Below are positions 38,566-51,915 of a DNA stretch of 64,000 nucleotides, piece after piece. Where the stretch lies: NCBI RefSeq assembly GCF_000143415.4, contig NW_003314297.1, forward strand, positions 1,456,890 to 1,520,889, read 5' to 3'. Position numbers and translations under genes: made by a program. Position 1 is the first letter of the stretch; each line of letters starts with the position of its first letter. Below the pieces are notes generated by a model, which saw nothing but the letters and a program-made list of their open reading frames with translations, searched no databases and was not told the origin of the DNA. Origin of the DNA: Selaginella moellendorffii. Taxonomy: Eukaryota > Plantae > Lycopodiophyta.

Positions 38566-41500
38566 CGCAGCAGAAGCGTGGTCTTGAAGCTTGCCATGAG
38601 GCAAGGCTGTCAAGGTTAGGGAAGTAGTTCCCGAGTGTTCAAAGAGAGGGCTTTGAACGAAAGTCGATGGTCAAGGACTTTCACGCTTGTGCAAGAACCA
38701 TGTTACAGTGGTCAGAGGACTTGCCAAGTGAGATTGGCAAGTCAGGGGAACAAATACCCTAGTTGAAGGTGATAACTTCAAAAAGGGTGGGCCGTGGGGC
38801 CAAGCATGGAGGAGTCCATGCATGATCACAAACTTGTCAAGTGAGAGGACTTGGCAGTGCGGGGGAACTAAGTTCCTAAGTTGTGATCTATAGCGCGCTT
38901 TAAGTATAAGTTGGTGCACCGGCGTGGGGAGTCACGCCAGGCATCTAGGGTGATGCCATCCGTAGATGCATATACGGAGGTTGGGTTCGAGTCCCGACCC
39001 TCTAGTGCTTGGGTTCGAGTCCCAACTCACTAGGGCGTGGTGATGGTTTGAAATATGAGGACACTCATTTTTCGGTGGTCATGGACTCTCAGTGTGGAGA
39101 CTGGTTTGGGCACACCGCCAAGCGAGGGATGCCTCGGAGTCGTGATGCACGGTTAGATTGTTTAGTGTGGCTCAGCATATCTAACTTGAACACTTTGGTG
39201 CAAGTGGCACCAAGGACGTGGTGAATGAGATGGGGACACCCAGTCTCAGTTGCTATGGACCCTTGGCCGGAAGGGCTGGCTTGGGCGCACCGCCAAATGT
39301 GGGGGATGCCCCCGGGGTCGTAGTTAACAAGTTAAAGGTCTGGAAGACCTAGTACCTATTGGCAAACCTATTAAGGTGCCGAGGTGAGATCACTAGGTGA
39401 TCTTGTGGCTAAATAAGGACAAGGTCCTTGTTTGGGCTAAGGAATAAGGTTCCTAGTTCAAAGTGTTGATTTGAACTATTGATGATGGTGTGGCTTGGTC
39501 AAAGTGACCAAGTGGGAAAAGCACCTTAGGGAAATGAGCTATGTTATTGCGATGGCATAGTGTGTCCAAGGAAAATAGTCTCTAAAGAGACCCATGGGAG
39601 GGTCACAAGTTGGGCCGTGGATAGAGCCCACAGCAGAAGATGCTAAAGAGACTTACTAGGGGTGAATACCCTAGTCTTGGCAAAGCAGAGCCTTTTGTTA
39701 TGGAATTAAAAGAATACCTCAAGGAGGGAGGTAGAGATTCGATGTTGCTTGGTACGACAATCAACGGATAGGAGCAAAAGATGAGTGGCCAAGATAGGGC
39801 TGTGGAATCCTTTAGAAGGAATCCAAGTGACAAAGTTAGGCAAGGAACATTAATGTGTTGGACGCTAACAAATTGCGGGAAAGGAAGTGTGTTTCCAAGG
39901 ATGGATTCCGAATTGCTCCGATTTGGCAAAAGTGGAAGCTCCAAGGGAGGGAGCGGTAAGGTAGCCAAATGATAGGGCCATGAACAGCCCTAGCACAAAG
40001 TATGATAACTGGAACTTAGTGCCCCAGGGTGGCATGAAATAGAAGAGAGGATGATGGTGCCCTCGAGTAGAGAACTTCCTAAGATGGGAAGTGGAGTTGC
40101 ACAAAAGGTGCAAGGCAAGGTGTCGGAGACACCTAGGAAATTGACTCCAAGGAGTCAAAATTCAAAGTTCCAAAGTGCAAAGGTTATATCGATGGGAACT
40201 GAGACCACTCGAGAATGAGTAGTGGGAATTGAGTTAGAGAAGATGTCTCTAACAGGTTTAGTGAGAACTGAACCAATAAAAGGGAGCAAACCACCCCAGG
40301 TGGACGAATAAGTCTCTATGTTGGAAAGACTATACTCCTTAGAGGATGGGCAAGGCATGGTGAACCTTTAGTGTCAAACCATTGACGAATATGCAGAAGG
40401 CTTTAGGGTTTAGGGTTTAGGTTTAACCTAAAGCCTAAACCGTTTAACCTAAACCCTTCAATGTTAAACCATTGATGAATACGGAGAAGGCATGGTGAGC
40501 CTTCAATGTCAGACCATTGACAAATATTGGCTAGGTGCCAAGGATGGAAATGGTAACACATGCGAGTGTTACTTTATAAAATGGTTTACCGTTCGATGAG
40601 GACATTGAACTTCATCTATGGGTGGTGGAGTTGTGAGACACAAAATTCCTAGGCCCCCAAAGTGGAGCTAGAAAGGGTGCCACGTGGTAGTGGCCGAAGC
40701 GAAAGCCAAACGAGCATAACACGTTTGGACTAAAAGCTCCGACTTGGAAGGTCGAGAGCGGGAGTGGAACTCCCAACAAAGTGCTCGAGGAGCAAGCACG
40801 AGGCAACCAATAAGCAAGGCTCCAAAAAGGGACCCAAAAAGGACCAACACATGACACGTGGAAGTGTCCGAGATGGACCCGAAGTGGAGTCCGAAGTGGA
40901 GTCCGAGATGGAGTCCGATATGGAGTCCGAGATAGACCCGAAGTGGAGTCCAAAGTGGAGTCCGAGATGGAGTCCGATATGGAGTCCGAGATGGACCCGA
41001 AGTGGAGTCCGATATGGAGTCCGATATGGAGTCCGATATGGAGTCCGAGATGGACCCGAAGTGGAGTCCGATATGGAGTCCGAGATGGACCCGAAGTGGA
41101 GTCCGATATGGAGTCCGAGATGGACCCGAAGTGGAGTCCGATATGGAGTCCGAGATGGACTCGAAGTGGAGTCCGATATGGAGTCCGAGATGGAGTCCGA
41201 GATGGACCCGAAGTGGAGTCCGATATGGAGTCCAAGATCGAGTCCGAGATAGACCCGAAGTGGAGTCCGATATGGAGTTCGAGATGGAGTCTGAGATGGA
41301 CCCGAGATGGAGTCCGAGATAGACCCGAGATGGAGTCCGAGATGGAACCGAGACCGGGACTGAGACCGAGACCGAGACCGAGACCGAGTCCGAGTCCAAA
41401 TCTAGGACCGAGACCGAGTCCGAGTCCGAGTCCGAGTCCGAGTCCGAGTCCGAGTCCGAGTCCGAATACTAATACAGGCAGTTGGGTGAAAGCCCAAAGC

Positions 41501-44500
41501 GATCGTCCCCTAGGGGGCGGGGGGCTGCAGGGGGTTCCAAAAGTATAGTAGGGAGAGTGTGGGGGTTGGAGCCCAGTGGAGCCAATTTGGCCAGGAAAGG
41601 CCAGTTTGGCCCAGGAAGGCCAGACCCAGTGTTGGGTGATGAGCTGACCACTGGGAAGTCCAAAACTAGAGTGAACACGGACCGACAAGCGGGGTAGCTT
41701 GGTGAAGTGTTCAAGAGCCGGCTCTAGTTCCCCCGGGAGATCGACTGGCCGATGCTCCCAATCCAAGTGTGGGTGGCACTACCTACTTGGATACCAGGCG
41801 TGGCTCAACGGAACCTCGCTCTAAGCCCATGGCTAGAGCACCCAAGGGCGGAAGGCGGGGAGAGTACCCAGGTGGCTTGTGTAAGGCCACGGTGTTCCGA
41901 AATGTTGTCCCAAAGGCCCAGACTGTGGAAAGGAAGAGGAGCAATCCTTTGGGGTAGTGACCAAGGACACAGTCGTGTGGTGAGGAAGTCCTAGAGGACC
42001 GTGGGACTTAGTGATCGGGCCTGTGGGCCTCGATCCAGTGGCAGTGTTGGCAAACACGGCCAGGGGTAGAAAGGGACTTAGTGGCGACTGACAGAGGGAT
42101 ATTAGGGAAGGCTATTCCCCTTGTCGGTGGGCATCCTAAGGATGCTAAGGAGTGGATCTGAGATGACCACTCACGGATGGTTTGCCTAGTCTTGGAGCGC
42201 CAAGACTGTGATGCAAGTGGTATTGGACTACCAATGTGGCAAAGGTGATGGCCTTAGTGTAACAAGCTGCCATGTCGGTGGTACCTTTGAGTGTCGGTCA
42301 TAGGATTGGACACGTGGAGCACTTGGACCAAGTGCAAATGTCAAGTGGCATGGATGCCATTCTCGGGGCTAGCAAGTCCCAAGTCCTGAATTGGACTTAT
42401 GGAGGTTGTGAATGAGACTCCTCCAAGTGGTCGGAGGTGTGGTTAAGTGACTAAAGTAGAATGGAAAATTTAGTCACTTACAGGGTTATAGTATTCACTT
42501 GTTATGCATTGTTGGTTTATCTGTTAGCACTTAAAGTAGATTGTTGGATAGAGAAGATGTGTAGTTGAGGCATTGACATCACTAGCACTTGTGTTAGTGG
42601 AAGTGGCATTGTTGATTCGAATGATAAGGAATTTTCCTTAGAACTTGATTTTCCATGTCATTTTTCTTGTTAGTGTTTTGGCTTTGCATTGGATCTTGAA
42701 AGTGGTTGACGAAGAGTGTTAGTGCAATGTGGATATCCAAAGATGTGATTTTTGTGATCAAGCCTTAGATGTTCATTTTGCATTTTGCGGATGTCGATGT
42801 TGGATGTCAGATAAATGGGCAAAGATGTTTGATGCTTAAGTATATTGTTGAATCATGGGAATTTGTGTTGAAGTAAACCTATATAAAGTTGGTGGTAAGA
42901 GGAAGTTGGTTGAGTCTTGAAAGTTTGCATTCCTAGACTGAGAGTTATTCTTTCTCTAGGATGGAAAATTTTCCACAAATTTTCTTAGGCTTTTCCAATG
43001 GCTGATCTATTGATCACTTTGCTCGAAAACCATTTCGTTTTCGTAAGCCAATACAAACTAGTGAAGGGGTTGAAGTTGACTTAGGTTAACTTACACCTTA
43101 GTAAGTAGTTTGTATAATGCAGCTTGAAAGGGATGCTAACTTTTGGGGCTAAGGCAATTGAGTTGGATAGAGTTTTGAGTTGGTATAGAAAAGTGGCCGT
43201 TGTGCTTTTCTAAGAAAGGTGACCCTTGTGCCTTTTTTCTATAACATTATGCTTGGTGGCAGATTGCACATTGCATTTTGTTAGACTCTATGAGAGTAAT
43301 GAGCTCTCACTGATCTTGACTTAGTCTTGGTAACCCTGTGCCTTGGCTGAGAATGGTTATATCCAACTTAGTTGTTTAAGGTTAAGATGTTGGTACCTGT
43401 ACTATAGCTTTGTCTATAAGGAAGTTGTGTACTGATATGAGTTCATCTCATGGTTTTCACTTTAGTTTCGACTGAATGTTGATTATGCATAGCTAGCCTC
43501 TTCAAGGCATGCTAAGAGCCATTGGCTATTATCGCGGTTGAGTTGGATTTGAGTGGTCATTTAGTTCATGCTTGTCCATGAACCTTTATCTTGTACCTGG
43601 GGTATTATGTTCATGTTGGACAAGTGTATAATTCGATTACATGAGTTTAGTGTTTGGGTCTTGTGAAGGCAAGTTGAAAAGTGATTGTTGGTTGCTTTGC
43701 AACTAATGATTACTTGTAGACTTTGTCAAGTACTGTTTAACACTTGTTTCACTCGATGATAAGTTAATAGTGATGGGCTTGCTTTACTGGATGGTGTTCT
43801 GGAGGATCGTATCATTAAACTTATATGGGTTTTCCATGTTGGCATGTGGACTCTACCTCTATTGATATCATTTGGTTGTGTTTAGTCCATAGTGTTGGAT
43901 TTCATTGAGTCTTGGACGTGGTGATTCACTCCTTGGTGATGTGTTATCTGAAAGTGAGTATTGATGAAGAATCGGTCTCGGATACTGACTAGAGTATCTT
44001 CAACTTTGGTTAGCTTAGTTGCTAAAGAGTTTTGAATGGTGATTCATTCTTACTTTTTTCTAGCTTTGTTCTAGTGTTGATGGCATTGTAGTAATGCCTT
44101 GTTGTTGACAAAATTGATATTGAAATTCAAGTGAAATGAGATGTTTTCCCATAGGATTGATATTGAGTTTCATTAATCTTGATGAAAATAGTATTGATGA
44201 TTTGGTTATAGCTTTGTGTTATTGGCATTCGTGCATTGCTAGTTAGCAACTATGTTGACATTCAAATGAATTAAGTGGCAAGTTTGAGTTAGTTGTGTTC
44301 TAGACGAGATTATTTAGTAGAGGTTGAGCTTTAGCTTTTCCTTGAAAAGTGATTTAATCGTTGACTATACTAACTCTACAAGCGAAAGAGTTAGTAATTG
44401 ATATTGGAATGTTTGAATCCTTATTGGGTTTGAGTTGGAATATATCGATCATTGATGATTCTTCTTGTGCTTGTTATGAAGTGAGTTATGTTGTGCTATA

Positions 44501-46396
44501 GATGGATTCATAGAGGATCATTTAGTGATCACTTGTTGAGCATAGCTCCATTATGTTTGGCTTTTGGATTGATGCAGATATACTCTTCATTAGCTTTACA
44601 TTATGAAGTTTGGTTATAGATATGTTAAGGAGGATATTGTGGGTTGCATCATGATTTCTTTTTTAGCATTGAAGTTGGTTCATGCGATATTTGTAATCAT
44701 TATTAGGCAAGATTTAGCTATAGGCTTCTTCGACCTTTTGATTTCTTGAGCTTTTATGCTTATGGTCCATTTGTTAGAAGTTGTTGGGGAAGGCATTTTG
44801 GCTCATTAGCTTCAGTGTTGAAGTTAGTATTTGCATATGCCAATCATTGGTGATGATTGACTATCATCTAGGGTAGTTGATTATCCTTGTCAAAAGGTTT
44901 TGCTTGATTATTGTTGGTATAGAATGATTCGTTGTTCTTCGGGATGGTGAATTCCTTCTTTGACAATGATTATGCATCTCTTTTTTTAATAAGATGATCG
45001 ATGATCTTTCATGATAGTTAATTGTTTTCTTTGATGGCTTATGGCTTTTGCAATACCACATGTTATTTGTGGTTTGCCTTGGATTGGTCTCTTGGGTTTG
45101 AGACTTCGATAGGATGTTGATGGCACTTGCTTAGACACCTTTGGTTCCTTGGTATTATTGACTAGAATCTATTTAAATTGGCTAGTGCAATAGTTGGCAT
45201 GAACAAGTGTTTGTTAGTCTTACCGTATTCATTCTGTTCTATTGATTATTACTCGAGTTAGCTTCGATAGACTAGAATATTATTTCCTTTGGGTGATACA
45301 TTTACGAGCATTGTGCTTGTCAGTCAATGATACTTTGTGTTATTTAAGTTATGTTTAGTAAGTTGTTTGGCATACTGTCTGCCATCTTCAATAATTAAGT
45401 TTCATCATTGAGTTTCCTTAATGATACACTAGCTATTGAATTTTGTGGATGGTGGCTCCTATGTGTTTCCCTGCTAGTGATCTTGGTGGTTCCTATACTA
45501 TACTATTGGTTTATCGGATGATAACTTACTTGGAATACTATTGTGTTCTAATATATGCTTTATTCACTGATAATTAAGACTCTAAGATATCATTGTTTAT
45601 GACTTTGATATTGTCCATCTATTGATCTTTGAGTTTGGGCCAGTATAGGCAGACTGGCTTCGACACTTCGTGTGCTTGGTGAAATCTTTAGTCATGGGGT
45701 AGCTACTGTCGACTGGTCACATCACCCGCCTCTCTGTCAATGTTCCTTATTCCGTTGAAAGGGCGTGACCATGTAAACAACTCTAACTACCTGTTTACAG
45801 TAGTCTATCTAAACTTTACCGATAGGTTTGGTTTCTTTGCTCAAGAGGGTTGGGGCCTCTAGCTTCTCTCTCTATGTCCCTACGGGCAGGGGCGTATCAC
45901 ACTTTTGCAAGCTGGGTGACACCCAGAGCAGCAAGGGTGGCTGACTCCGTTGGTCATTTCCTTGTCGGCAATGGTTGAAAGGTGTCTGAGCTAGTAGCGC
46001 ATCCGTGTTAGACAAAGGGGTTGCCTCCTAACTCATTTAAGTTGGTGCATTTCTCATATAGTGTGAATACCGTGAACTTTTTCTAGAGTTGTTTCCTTGG
46101 CGGTATTCTAGACTCGAGTATACATCGACGAGGATGTCGATCTTCCCTGGGGGGGAGAGTGTCGCGAATGTGACTTCGGGTATCAAAAGTTACCTGTCAG
46201 CCAATCCTTACGGACACTCTTTCCTTACTGCCACGATGGCAGGAGGTCGGTATTACTAGACCTTTTATCAGCCCCTCTTGTTCAAATGTTAATAAATTGG
46301 ACTTTGCATCTGTACTTGGCCGGATGAGCATAAAGACGGAATTCCTAAGTGTCTATTCAGCCAAGCATACTTGGCCTGGCTTTTTAGTTCTCTTTT

Positions 46397-48944
46397 TGTA
46401 GCGCACCTGAATTTGGAGCCGAACTCCAAGCCCGTTGCACTATGAATGAGGGTCCGGTACAATCCCACAAGCACCAGCTCCCCGTATCTAGCACCTGCAT
46501 GCAAAATGGTGTCAGACGGAGTCTGGCACAATTTTGGCATGCCGGTGGCTTAACGCGAGGAGGAGGGTACTCCACCGACTAGAGCAGCGTGGATCTTGGG
46601 CTTAGACCCAAGCCGGATGCAGAACAAGGAGCGACACAGCCCAGCGAAAGCCAAACTAATGTCTCAAGTGGTCGGACATGCATTTCAACCACTATCCCTA
46701 CTATACATTTGGAACCCCCCATAAGCCCCTCCCCCCCCCCTTGAGGAACACACGCTTTGGGCTTTCACCCCAAGCCTCCCTTAGTACCAGGAGTTAGTCT
46801 CTGGGACAAGCTCGAAACTTACTAATTATGGAATGTCTTTAAATTGCGAATTTGGACACGGGATGAACACCATTGTGTTCAGGCCGATCTCTACATTCCA
46901 TAGATATGCCAAATGAGCTAATCTAGACACTTTCCATAAATAGCATTTGGGACCGAAATGAGACCAACACAAAGGGCGTGACAGCAAGAGTGTTTGGTAG
47001 ACACGGTAAGCTATCATCCGGCGATATTGAGGGACTAGTCTCAATACGCGAGGGTTCTTGCCAAGCCAGTGCAAGACAGAGCAAAAGAGAACTAACAAGC
47101 CGGGCCAAATATGCTTGGCTAAATAGACACTTAGGAATTCCTTCCTTATGCTCATCCGGCCAAGTACAGATGCTAAGTCCAATTTACTAACACTTGGACA
47201 AGAGGGGCTATTGAAGGGAACTAGCAGTACCGACCTCCTGCCGTCATGGCAGTAAGGAAAGAGTGCCCGTAAGGACTAGCCGACAAGTATCTTTCGATAC
47301 CCGAAGTCACATTCGCTGAACGTGTATGTACATTCCCCATGTCCCAATGGGACTAATACAAAAAATGGGCGTGCCGCCCTCTCAATGAGCTACTCTACGT
47401 GATCCTGATATGCCGCAGCTAGACCTAGTCCTGGAGTAGAAGTGGACGTGGTCGTCTCGAGCGAATCATGTCGATGTCCAAGTCTCCCCCACGAGCTGAC
47501 CTTAGAACAGAGTCTGGGGGGCGCCATTGCCAGCGAATCTCGCCACCTCCCAATTTGCCGAAGCATGGGAGCCACCTAGATCTCCACTCCTCGAGCTGCC
47601 TCGGTTTCGCCCGCTCTTTCAGGATGGTGTAGTGAAGACGCACCGCTGCAAGAGTGAGTCTCCACCATGATACCACCACTGCCGATATTCTCGCTTGTTG
47701 CCCATCAAAGCGACAGTGGTTCCGCGCCTCCCAAAGTGCCTGCAGTCCTGTTGCCCTCCAAATGGACCAGCGCTCTTGGCCCAACGCCTCCCAGATGGAC
47801 ATCCCAACTTCAGCCCCTGTCACGTCCCACCGGACTCGCATGTTCCATCGGTGCCGTCCGTAGCAGCGAATACGCCTCCAAGCTGGACCAATGGCTGGGC
47901 CTCTAGCTCCCTCAAACCAGTGGAGGATATCCCCACTCCGAGCCTCAAACTCTGGAATGTCTCCGAGTTCCTGCGTCGCCTTGAAGATCTGTCGCCAAAC
48001 TTCTCTCGCCACGTCGCATTCCCATAGGACATGTCGCGCTGTCTCCAGCTTGCCACACTCCTTGCACCGTCGGCATGCTTCTTCCTGGAACCGCTGTCCT
48101 ACCGGCAGCCCGTTATTTGCCACCAACCAAGAGGTGGCCTTGACTTTCTCCTGTACCGGTAGTTTCCAGAACGCAAGCATGTTGCCCACCACCTGATTTG
48201 CTTCAACTCCTTGCTCGATCCATTTCTTCCAGAGCTTGGGGATCTCCCCTCGGGCCTCCTCCCTGCTGGTCAAGAGACCATCCCTTGCTTCCTTGACGCC
48301 GAAGGAGAAGAAGCTCCTCGCTCCTCGTTTCCATGCTGCGGGGTCCCAGTCCAGATCCTCGATGAGCTGCTGTCGCCACCATCTAAGAATGCCTTCCCCC
48401 TCTAGTGCAGCCAACGATTGAACCACCACCGATTGCTTCGGAGCCTGTCGTATTACACGAATCCTACCCTTGACCTCGTCATCCGTCACCATCGGCATGA
48501 CCTGTTCGTCCCCTGCTGGCAACAGCATGTCGCCTCTCAAGACTCGAAAAGGACGCCCAACATTTTGGTCTGGAGACACAACGAACCATACCTCCACATC
48601 CTTGTCCTCCCAAGCTGGTGTTGGGGCCGTAAACGCCCGTGTCCAGGCCCCCAAGCTAACTCGTTCCCTGTCTGGCTCCACGTCCCGTTGCAGAGCCACA
48701 AAGTCTCCAGATTTGAGATAACGCCTAGGCCAGAGCTGCCCCTGCTTCGCCTCACTCACTGCTCTGATAATGCGAAGAAGATCAAGGTGGACTTTCCTCC
48801 ACCGTCCCGGGTTAAAGACCTGCATATGCCTCGTAGTCTTCCTCCTGTCCTTGTCTAGAACCTGCACCAGCTGCTTGAGAGTTCGGAAGCCTGCGTTATG
48901 TAGCTTTCTCCAGATTGTGTCCAGCCGAAGTCACATTCGCGACA
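46397..48944 (-). mobile_element. Family-B-related solo LTR (~0.92 kb) inserted inverted into the family-B 3' LTR and itself split by a LINE
   Basis: TSD CTTTT (46392-46396 / 48945-48949). Minus-strand ends TGTCGCGAATG...GCGCTACA match family-B LTR termini. Confidence 0.85.
47317..48924 (-). mobile_element. 5'-truncated L1/Tx1-like LINE; ORF2 C-terminal fragment (47425-48924) with zf-RVT zinc knuckle
   Basis: 16-bp TSD CCGAAGTCACATTCGC (47301-47316 / 48925-48940). Motif FWKLPVQEKVK..W....NGLPV...C..C...ET.RH.LWEC..A.EVW. The frame stays open up to the truncation point. Confidence 0.85.
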
Positions 48945-50114
48945 CTTTTGCTCTATCTTGCACTGGCTTGACAAGAACCCTCGCGTATTGAGATTAGTCC
49001 CTCAATATCGCTGAATGATAGCTTACCGTGTTTGCCAAACACCCTCGCTATCATACCCTTTGCGTTAGTCTCATTTCAGTCCCAAATGCTATTTATGGAA
49101 AATGTCTGAATTTGCTCATTTGGCATATTTACGGAATGTAGATATTGGCCTGAACACAATGGTGTTCGTCTTGTATCTAAATTCGCAGTCTAGCACTATT
49201 GCATATTTAGTAAGTTTTGAACTTGTCCCAGAGACTAACTCCTGATACTAAAGGAGGCTTGGGGTGAAAGCCCAAAGCGTTTGTTCCTCAAGAGGGGGGG
49301 GGGGGGCGGGGGGGGCGCTGTAGGGGGTTCCAAATGTATAGTAGGGATAGTGAGTAGGTCAGGCATGGCCAACCAACCTAAGGCATAGTCTAGCTCCCGC
49401 TTGCATGCCTATCCTTGTTTTGCGTCCGGCTTGGGTCTAAACCCAAGTTCCATTCCATGTTAGCTGGTGGAGTACCCATGTCCTTGCGTTAAGCCACCGG
49501 TATGCCGAAATAGCACCAGACTCCATTTGGCTCCATTTTGCGTGCTGGTCCTGGCATTGGAATGCTAGTTGCTCTAGGATTGTTCCAAGTCACTCTGGGC
49601 TCCTATCCCTTCGCTCCTTGGGCTGTATACTCGAGAGTTGCTCCATGGTCCGGTTCTATCCCTCCTTGGCTCCATGCTTGGGAGTTTGGCACCGTTCCTT
49701 CATTCAGTGTCCCAAGGTCCTGAAACTCAGATTCCACACCACTGTCCTTTAGACACGTGGCATCTGTCACGTGGCACAAAGAGGGTTTAGGTTCCGCTTT
49801 GTGGTGTTATCCTATGGTAATCACCATAGGATAAAGGGTAAAAACCATGTGTGCTACATTTGGTATCAGAGTAGAGATTCTAAAATAATAAAGGAGTCAC
49901 AAGATTATCCTTATATAGTTGAGGTTGGTGGTCATGAATTTAAAACCAAAATTAATGACCATAGGAGGTTAAATATAGATGAGAATATAAGTCCTTGAAA
50001 TGGTAGCTAGGGATACCTTTTATAAATGCTGGAACAAACCCAAGGTGTTGGGGGCGTATTGAAAGGATGAATTAGTATTTTTATTATATGGACGGATAAT
50101 CCTAAGGGGCAAAG

Positions 50115-50308
50115 TGTAAGCTCCTGAATTTGGACTTCCTGGGATGTCACCCAGCCCAGTACTATTCAAACCCAAGGACGCTTAACTCTAAGTATCCCAA
50201 GACCTTTAACCAATTGGAAAAGGAAGTGCATTTTTATTCATGGGCCCTTTCCCTCTATATTTGAATCCCATGGATTGTCTCTCAAGTCGTTCTCTTTAGT
50301 TGCTTACA
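50115..50308 (-). mobile_element. Cassandra-like TRIM solo LTR (194 bp) with 5S-derived Pol III promoter
   Basis: TGTAAG...CTTACA termini and TSD CAAAG (50110-50114 / 50309-50313). Bases 50132-50187 read on minus as AGTTAAGCGTCCTTGGGTTTGAATAGTACTGGGCTGGGTGACATCCCAGGAAGTCC, matching the 5S rRNA A-box/IE/C-box. Confidence 0.85.
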
Positions 50309-51915
50309 CAAAGGTAGCCCATAAGAAATAGAAAATGATCAAGTGTTAGAGTAACATTTCCAAAGATGGTCGTTGTGAGTAGGACATGGATACAAAAAAA
50401 TGTATTCTAGTGAACTGGCACCTCAAAATAGCCAGGAGGGTAGGACTTTGAATTAGCAAAGTCCAAAAAGCTAGATGACTCAAGTGAAGGCAAGGAATGG
50501 TCTTAGAGAACTAATGAAAGCATTTGGACTGAGGTGTGTTATATCCTATGAAGGATGGGGAGGATTATAAGATCCAAGTGTGAGAATAGAGAGTATCTCA
50601 TTGATGGCAAAATGTGCTATATAAAGTCATGGGAAAGGTGTTCCTAGAAGAAAGTAACTTTGGCACAGAGTTGTATGTGAACACCATAATGTAGTGCTAA
50701 CTAATAGTTGGTATGAGAAACAACTACTTTAGTCTTGGCAAAGACTTAGACACAAGTGAAAAGTGCCGTAAGGGTAAACTCATAAAGCCGATGGTGTGGA
50801 GACACCAAATATGTCAAGGTGTGATGCCTTGAGATTAAGTCAGTGGGTTCATAGGAACCTTTTGCCAAAGAAATCCCAATGAAAATGGGAATGGCATAGC
50901 CTAAGTTAGAAGGCATATGGTTATAATGTGGTGACTTAAATAATGAGGGAGGTGTGGAAACACTAACAATAAATTGTAAGACCTGATAACTATGAGGCAA
51001 CTAAGCAAAAGGTGCAAAAATAATTGAGGTAAGGTAAGATAAAAATTAACTACCCAAGACTTTTTATTGTGCTAAGAAGATTAGATATACCCTCCAAGAT
51101 ACTAATTGCTTAGGTTGAGATATAGTAAGTTAATGTTATAAAAGGTATTAAAAAAGGTCATTATTGGGACACATAAACACTCTAAAATACCAAGAAGTGG
51201 TGTTTGGTATCATAAGGGCATTAGATAAGGCCCAAGGGACTAAATTTCTATTAAATAATGGATAGAATGTGTTATCCAATATCCAAGGTTGCAAAGATGG
51301 GAGAAGTTCGTCTATCCGAATTGGACAAAGCCAAAAAGGGATTTTAGCATAGCTAGCAATGGGTATAAAGAGGCCCATATATAACGACATTAATCCTGGT
51401 ATATGGGATTACACAGTGAGCATATCCAGATTGAAAAACCACTCTTTAAATTGTTGAGTAGGTTTATCCCTAAAAATACTTGCTAAAGCATGGTAGAAAG
51501 TGCAAAACTAGCCTCTTAGTTAGGAAGAGAATAACTAGAAGGAACATGAAAAGCAAAAACGTAAAGTAATAAAGGGATAAAACCAAACCATAGGAATCAA
51601 AGAGTATAACTAAGGGTGGTTATGCAAGTTAGAAGTAGAGAATTAAATGGTGCTCGAATGTGTTGCTATTACCAACTGTAGTGCCATGGAGAGTCTAAAG
51701 CATGGAATTATCCATATTAAACCATATAACAATTACAAATCTTGCAAAAGGAGAAGCCTTAGCAAGCTAAAGGACAAAATCCCTTCGAGGTTCCCAAAGA
51801 CAACTTTAAAGAGCTTAGTAACTAGAAAGATAAACATAAATGGTTCATAGAATGTGAAAAATCAAAGTGGTGCAGCAGAAGCATGGTTTTGAAGTTTGGC
51901 ATGAAGCAAGGTTAT

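Larger units (their letters stand above)
12114..42482 (+). mobile_element. Family-A LTR retrotransposon (5' LTR 12114-26958 split by the DNA transposon; 3' LTR 40632-42482)
   Basis: TSD GGGTT (12109-12113 / 42483-42487), TG...CA LTR ends, PBS TGGTATCGGAGC at 26962 and PPT-like 'gggtggtggag' before 40632. Confidence 0.9.
9648..49871 (+). mobile_element. Family-B LTR retrotransposon (LTRs 9648-10800 and 46160-49858; decayed internal region 10814-12113 + 42488-46159)
   Basis: TG...CA LTRs of ~1.15 kb once nested inserts are removed. iMet PBS TGGTATCAGAG at 10803 and PPT GGGGGGGAGAG at 46149-46159. Host family-A sequence resumes after 49871. Confidence 0.8.

Noticed and set aside
50132-50187. 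5S rRNA gene
   Set aside because: Only the internal promoter segment is present, inside a TG...CA element with a TSD; called Cassandra-like instead.
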